NCBI GenBank assembly: GCA_023145515.1
Contig: JAGLDP010000017.1
Coordinates: forward strand, 1-52,254
From: Bacteroidales bacterium
Lineage (GTDB): Bacteria > Bacteroidota > Bacteroidia > Bacteroidales > UBA12481
Direction of reading: 5' to 3'
DNA length: 52,254 bases
Positions 49,470 through 52,254 of this stretch are shown piece after piece. Numbering within the stretch: the stretch's first letter is position 1; each line of letters opens with the position of its first letter. A model generated the notes under the pieces. The model was not told where the DNA came from. It saw only the letters and a program-made list of their open reading frames with translations, and ran no database searches. The translations under genes and the position numbers were made by a program.

Positions 49470-51623
49470 TTACTTTATAAGCTCTACCTGTTTCGCAATT
49501 TTCAGAATCTCCGGATTAACGGGATCGTTCCAATATGACATTCCAGATAGATGATCAACTAATCCTCCTGTCAGAAATCTTGCTTGTTTAACAAATCCTT
49601 CACTGATATCAGCTTCTATTGCCGGAGGTGTGCCAGGAATATCAGGAATGAATAGTATTCCATTTTCAATCATATCGAGGCGTTTTTGTCGAGCAAGCAG
49701 GTGTTCCAAAATTAATTTGCTCATCCCTCCTTCATAGCTTTCTTCAAGGTCAGCCTTACACAAAGCAGTATAAAACTCACTCACAGTTTTGGGTGTAATG
49801 TGAGGGTAAAGAGGAGAGGTAAATCCTTCAACTTCCCAAAAATTCGGATCAACAGGAAGTGTTAAAGCTTGTTTTTTTAATGGTTGCCAGGCTCCCTGTT
49901 CTTCTGCATCTCCACAAATTATCTCAATACAAAGGTTTTCTTCATTTTGATCTGCTTTGATTAGAATCCAGCCCTCTTGGGTAATCTCAAATTCTTGTCC
50001 TTTGGCTTTAGCAATCCTGGGTTTCCCGTTTCCGGTAACACTAAGGTAAATATTTGTTTCACCGAACTTTACCGGGTGTTTCTGTATATAACGAGTGATT
50101 GTTTCAGGCAAATGGGGTCTGATTTTTAGAAGATCATTTTGATAGGTGTATTCAAAGAGTCCTCTCAACAAACCACCAGGAACGCCCCAACAATCATACA
50201 CTACATTAAATCCCCACTTTTGAATTTTATCATCCCAAAGGCTTTGTCCATAGTCTTTCATTGGAGCTCCTGCCCTAAAAGCCTGCATAAATTTCAATTG
50301 CTTGGCCCAGGCTTTGAAAGGATGATCAAATTCATTTACCCTCAAACAGGCAATGTTCATTCTGCCTTGGGTTGTTGACCAAAATCCTCCATCAACCCAC
50401 ATTCCTGGTGGAAGATGATAAAGAACGGTAGGATTGTCAAGATCATCGTAAGCAGGATGATTAGGAAGAATAAAATTATTCGGATATAACTCAGGAACTG
50501 ATAAGAGTTTATCTACAATCATCTTTGATTGATTGTCGTCTGTAACACCCATGGCTACAGCATCGTGATTGGGAGTGGCTTCTATATATCCATATTCTTC
50601 TGCCTGATAAATTCCATGTCGTGTTCCATTATCTTCCTGATAACGAATATAATACTCATCATTTTCCAGTAAGGCAGGTAAGGCATCTTTGACTAAAGAA
50701 AGGGTACGGCTATACTTTGTAACTCCTTCTTCATCTTCAGCCATCTTACATAATTCGATTAGTCTACTGAGCGAGGCACAAAAGTTTACAGATAATTCTG
50801 TCAGATAAGCTGTATCATAGCCCCCGTCTTCTTGTTTGACTCCTCCAAATGAGGGTGCTAGTAAGTTAGAACTTCGTCCACCTTTGATAAGATTTGTTTC
50901 AGGGTCGCGTCTGGCATCAATAAAATCAGCTACTCTTTTCAGCTGGGGCAAGCGTTCTTTAATTGCTAAAATGTTCCGTTCAGATAATAGTCGTTCAGCC
51001 TCCATAATAATACCAGCTGTAGCCCCGCCGTAATACCAATCATACTCTCTAGTATCACCATCTCCCTGACGATAAATTGGTTTCTCCATTTCTGTTTGAC
51101 CATCAAAAACTGAGTTTTCAACCTTACTATGTCTTGATCTGAATCCATCCTCTCTACTTCCATTCATAAAAATGATAGCACAATCCATAAGTGAACCATC
51201 CGGAGCCACATAGCCATTTCGTCCGGCACGTTCTCCATCTCCCATCACATTAAACCATAAGCTTTGAGAATGTCTGATCCAGGTCTTATACGGCTCATCA
51301 GTCCAGAATGGCAGCATTCCATAAGTGGGACCAAAACTATTTTGAAGCCACCATCCATCCCAATAATGGCCTTCTACGAAACCATCCCAATCACGCTTAT
51401 ACAATAGTGGAACAGTTGCCATGTCAGGGGCAATGTGCAAGGAACGGAAGGCCTGATCAATTAATTTCAATGTTTCCTGATCTCCACTCCCTTCAACCCA
51501 TTCTCCTTGATAAGATCTGGGTGGCATATTTTTGTTCGGATCTGATTGGCAAGCATGAGCTCCAAGAAGGGATCCAGCCAACGCTACCACAAGGATAATA
51601 TTGGATAGTTTATTTTTTGTCAT
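49470..51623 (-). CDS. Uncharacterised lipoprotein, probable (alpha/alpha)6-barrel glycosidase-like
   Basis: Lipobox AHAC; WLQNS, YRQGDG, NHDA and DGGFW; GLLRGLFEY..L.IRPHLP resembles the end of six-hairpin glycosidases. Confidence 0.5.
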   Translation of the reverse strand: MTKNKLSNIILVVALAGSLLGAHACQSDPNKNMPPRSYQGEWVEGSGDQETLKLIDQAFRSLHIAPDMATVPLLYKRDWDGFVEGHYWDGWWLQNSFGPTYGMLPFWTDEPYKTWIRHSQSLWFNVMGDGERAGRNGYVAPDGSLMDCAIIFMNGSREDGFRSRHSKVENSVFDGQTEMEKPIYRQGDGDTREYDWYYGGATAGIIMEAERLLSERNILAIKERLPQLKRVADFIDARRDPETNLIKGGRSSNLLAPSFGGVKQEDGGYDTAYLTELSVNFCASLSRLIELCKMAEDEEGVTKYSRTLSLVKDALPALLENDEYYIRYQEDNGTRHGIYQAEEYGYIEATPNHDAVAMGVTDDNQSKMIVDKLLSVPELYPNNFILPNHPAYDDLDNPTVLYHLPPGMWVDGGFWSTTQGRMNIACLRVNEFDHPFKAWAKQLKFMQAFRAGAPMKDYGQSLWDDKIQKWGFNVVYDCWGVPGGLLRGLFEYTYQNDLLKIRPHLPETITRYIQKHPVKFGETNIYLSVTGNGKPRIAKAKGQEFEITQEGWILIKADQNEENLCIEIICGDAEEQGAWQPLKKQALTLPVDPNFWEVEGFTSPLYPHITPKTVSEFYTALCKADLEESYEGGMSKLILEHLLARQKRLDMIENGILFIPDIPGTPPAIEADISEGFVKQARFLTGGLVDHLSGMSYWNDPVNPEILKIAKQVELIK

Positions 51624-51680
51624 AAAGATTAGATTTACACCTCCAAATTAGAAAGTATATTACAATATTCATACGAATTA

Positions 51681-52139
51681 TTACCCCAAGTGGATAAACT
51701 GGATGCCACTTAAGAAGTTACGGAGATATTGATCATTACATTCACGATATTTTCTATGATTAGGATTTCTGAGAAATGCGCTTAATTCATGCTCGCTAAT
51801 ACTTTTATTTATTGATTTAAACATTTCCAGGATATCATCAGATTTTAGATCCATGGCAATTTTAACTTTCCTGAAAATGATGTTATTGTTCAATCGCTTC
51901 TCCGGAATGGGTTGAGGACCTTCTCGTTTTCCACGTTTTTCAATAATTATTCCATTGAGAAATATGGCTAGTTTATTATCAGATAATTCCACAAAAGCCG
52001 GATCGCTGTCTTTCTTTAACCAATTACTAATATCAGATCTGTTAACCTTAAGACTAGCGAGTTCAAAAATCTCAATCATTTTTGAATCGTTATAGTCAAA
52101 TATGTAGCGGATCTTTCGTATTACGTCATTATTATCCAT
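51681..52139 (-). CDS. DUF1456 (YehS-like) protein
   Basis: MDNNDVIR.IRY, FLNG.I..KRG, NN.IFRK.KIA, YREC.DQYLRNFL.G. Confidence 0.9.
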   Translation of the reverse strand: MDNNDVIRKIRYIFDYNDSKMIEIFELASLKVNRSDISNWLKKDSDPAFVELSDNKLAIFLNGIIIEKRGKREGPQPIPEKRLNNNIIFRKVKIAMDLKSDDILEMFKSINKSISEHELSAFLRNPNHRKYRECNDQYLRNFLSGIQFIHLG

Positions 52140-52254
52140 AGTCGAATATAATAAGTTTTTTATAAATTCTGTCTTTTATATACCAGTATTGGGGGTGCCT
52201 CCAGGGGTATTTACACTTAATTGGGGATAACAATAAGGCTCGCTGAGAATGAGT

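Overview
Chromosomal window from a Bacteroidota organism, probably Bacteroidales/Marinilabiliales-like. Support: TAnnTTTG promoter boxes, several T9SS C-terminal sorting domains, Bacteroidota-type sdhCAB and the rdgB-porZ-recO synteny. Positions 1-26.4 kb are mostly core genes: tRNA-Leu(CAA), dCMP deaminase, S41 protease, Spy/CpxP-like protein, 5'-nucleotidase, sdhCAB, pepP, a PspC/GIN/PadR/PspC operon, ilvE, rdgB, porZ, recO. A ~12.6 kb island lies at the 3' end of tRNA-Arg(CCT), bounded by an exact 17-bp direct repeat (26511-26527 / 39098-39114), and contains no recognisable integrase. It is a mosaic of three beta-propeller lipoprotein paralogs, an AbiE-type TA pair with a duplicated operator, two orphan antitoxins, a nonsense-inactivated LytTR two-component system, IS3 and probable IS1595 remnants, an attC-like hairpin and an internal degenerate att copy. 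To its right are fucI, an arsR-arsE/F/G-arsP-like operon, a minus-strand cluster (GH2, GH16, HEXXH T9SS protein, putative (alpha/alpha)6 hydrolase) and DUF1456. The main unexplained non-coding signals are RGGCTCA heptamer arrays directly after three stop codons, a 52-bp-period repeat upstream of sdhC, and integrase-arm-like repeats at the island's left end with similar motifs at the window's right edge. All calls come from reading motifs by eye; no database searches were run.
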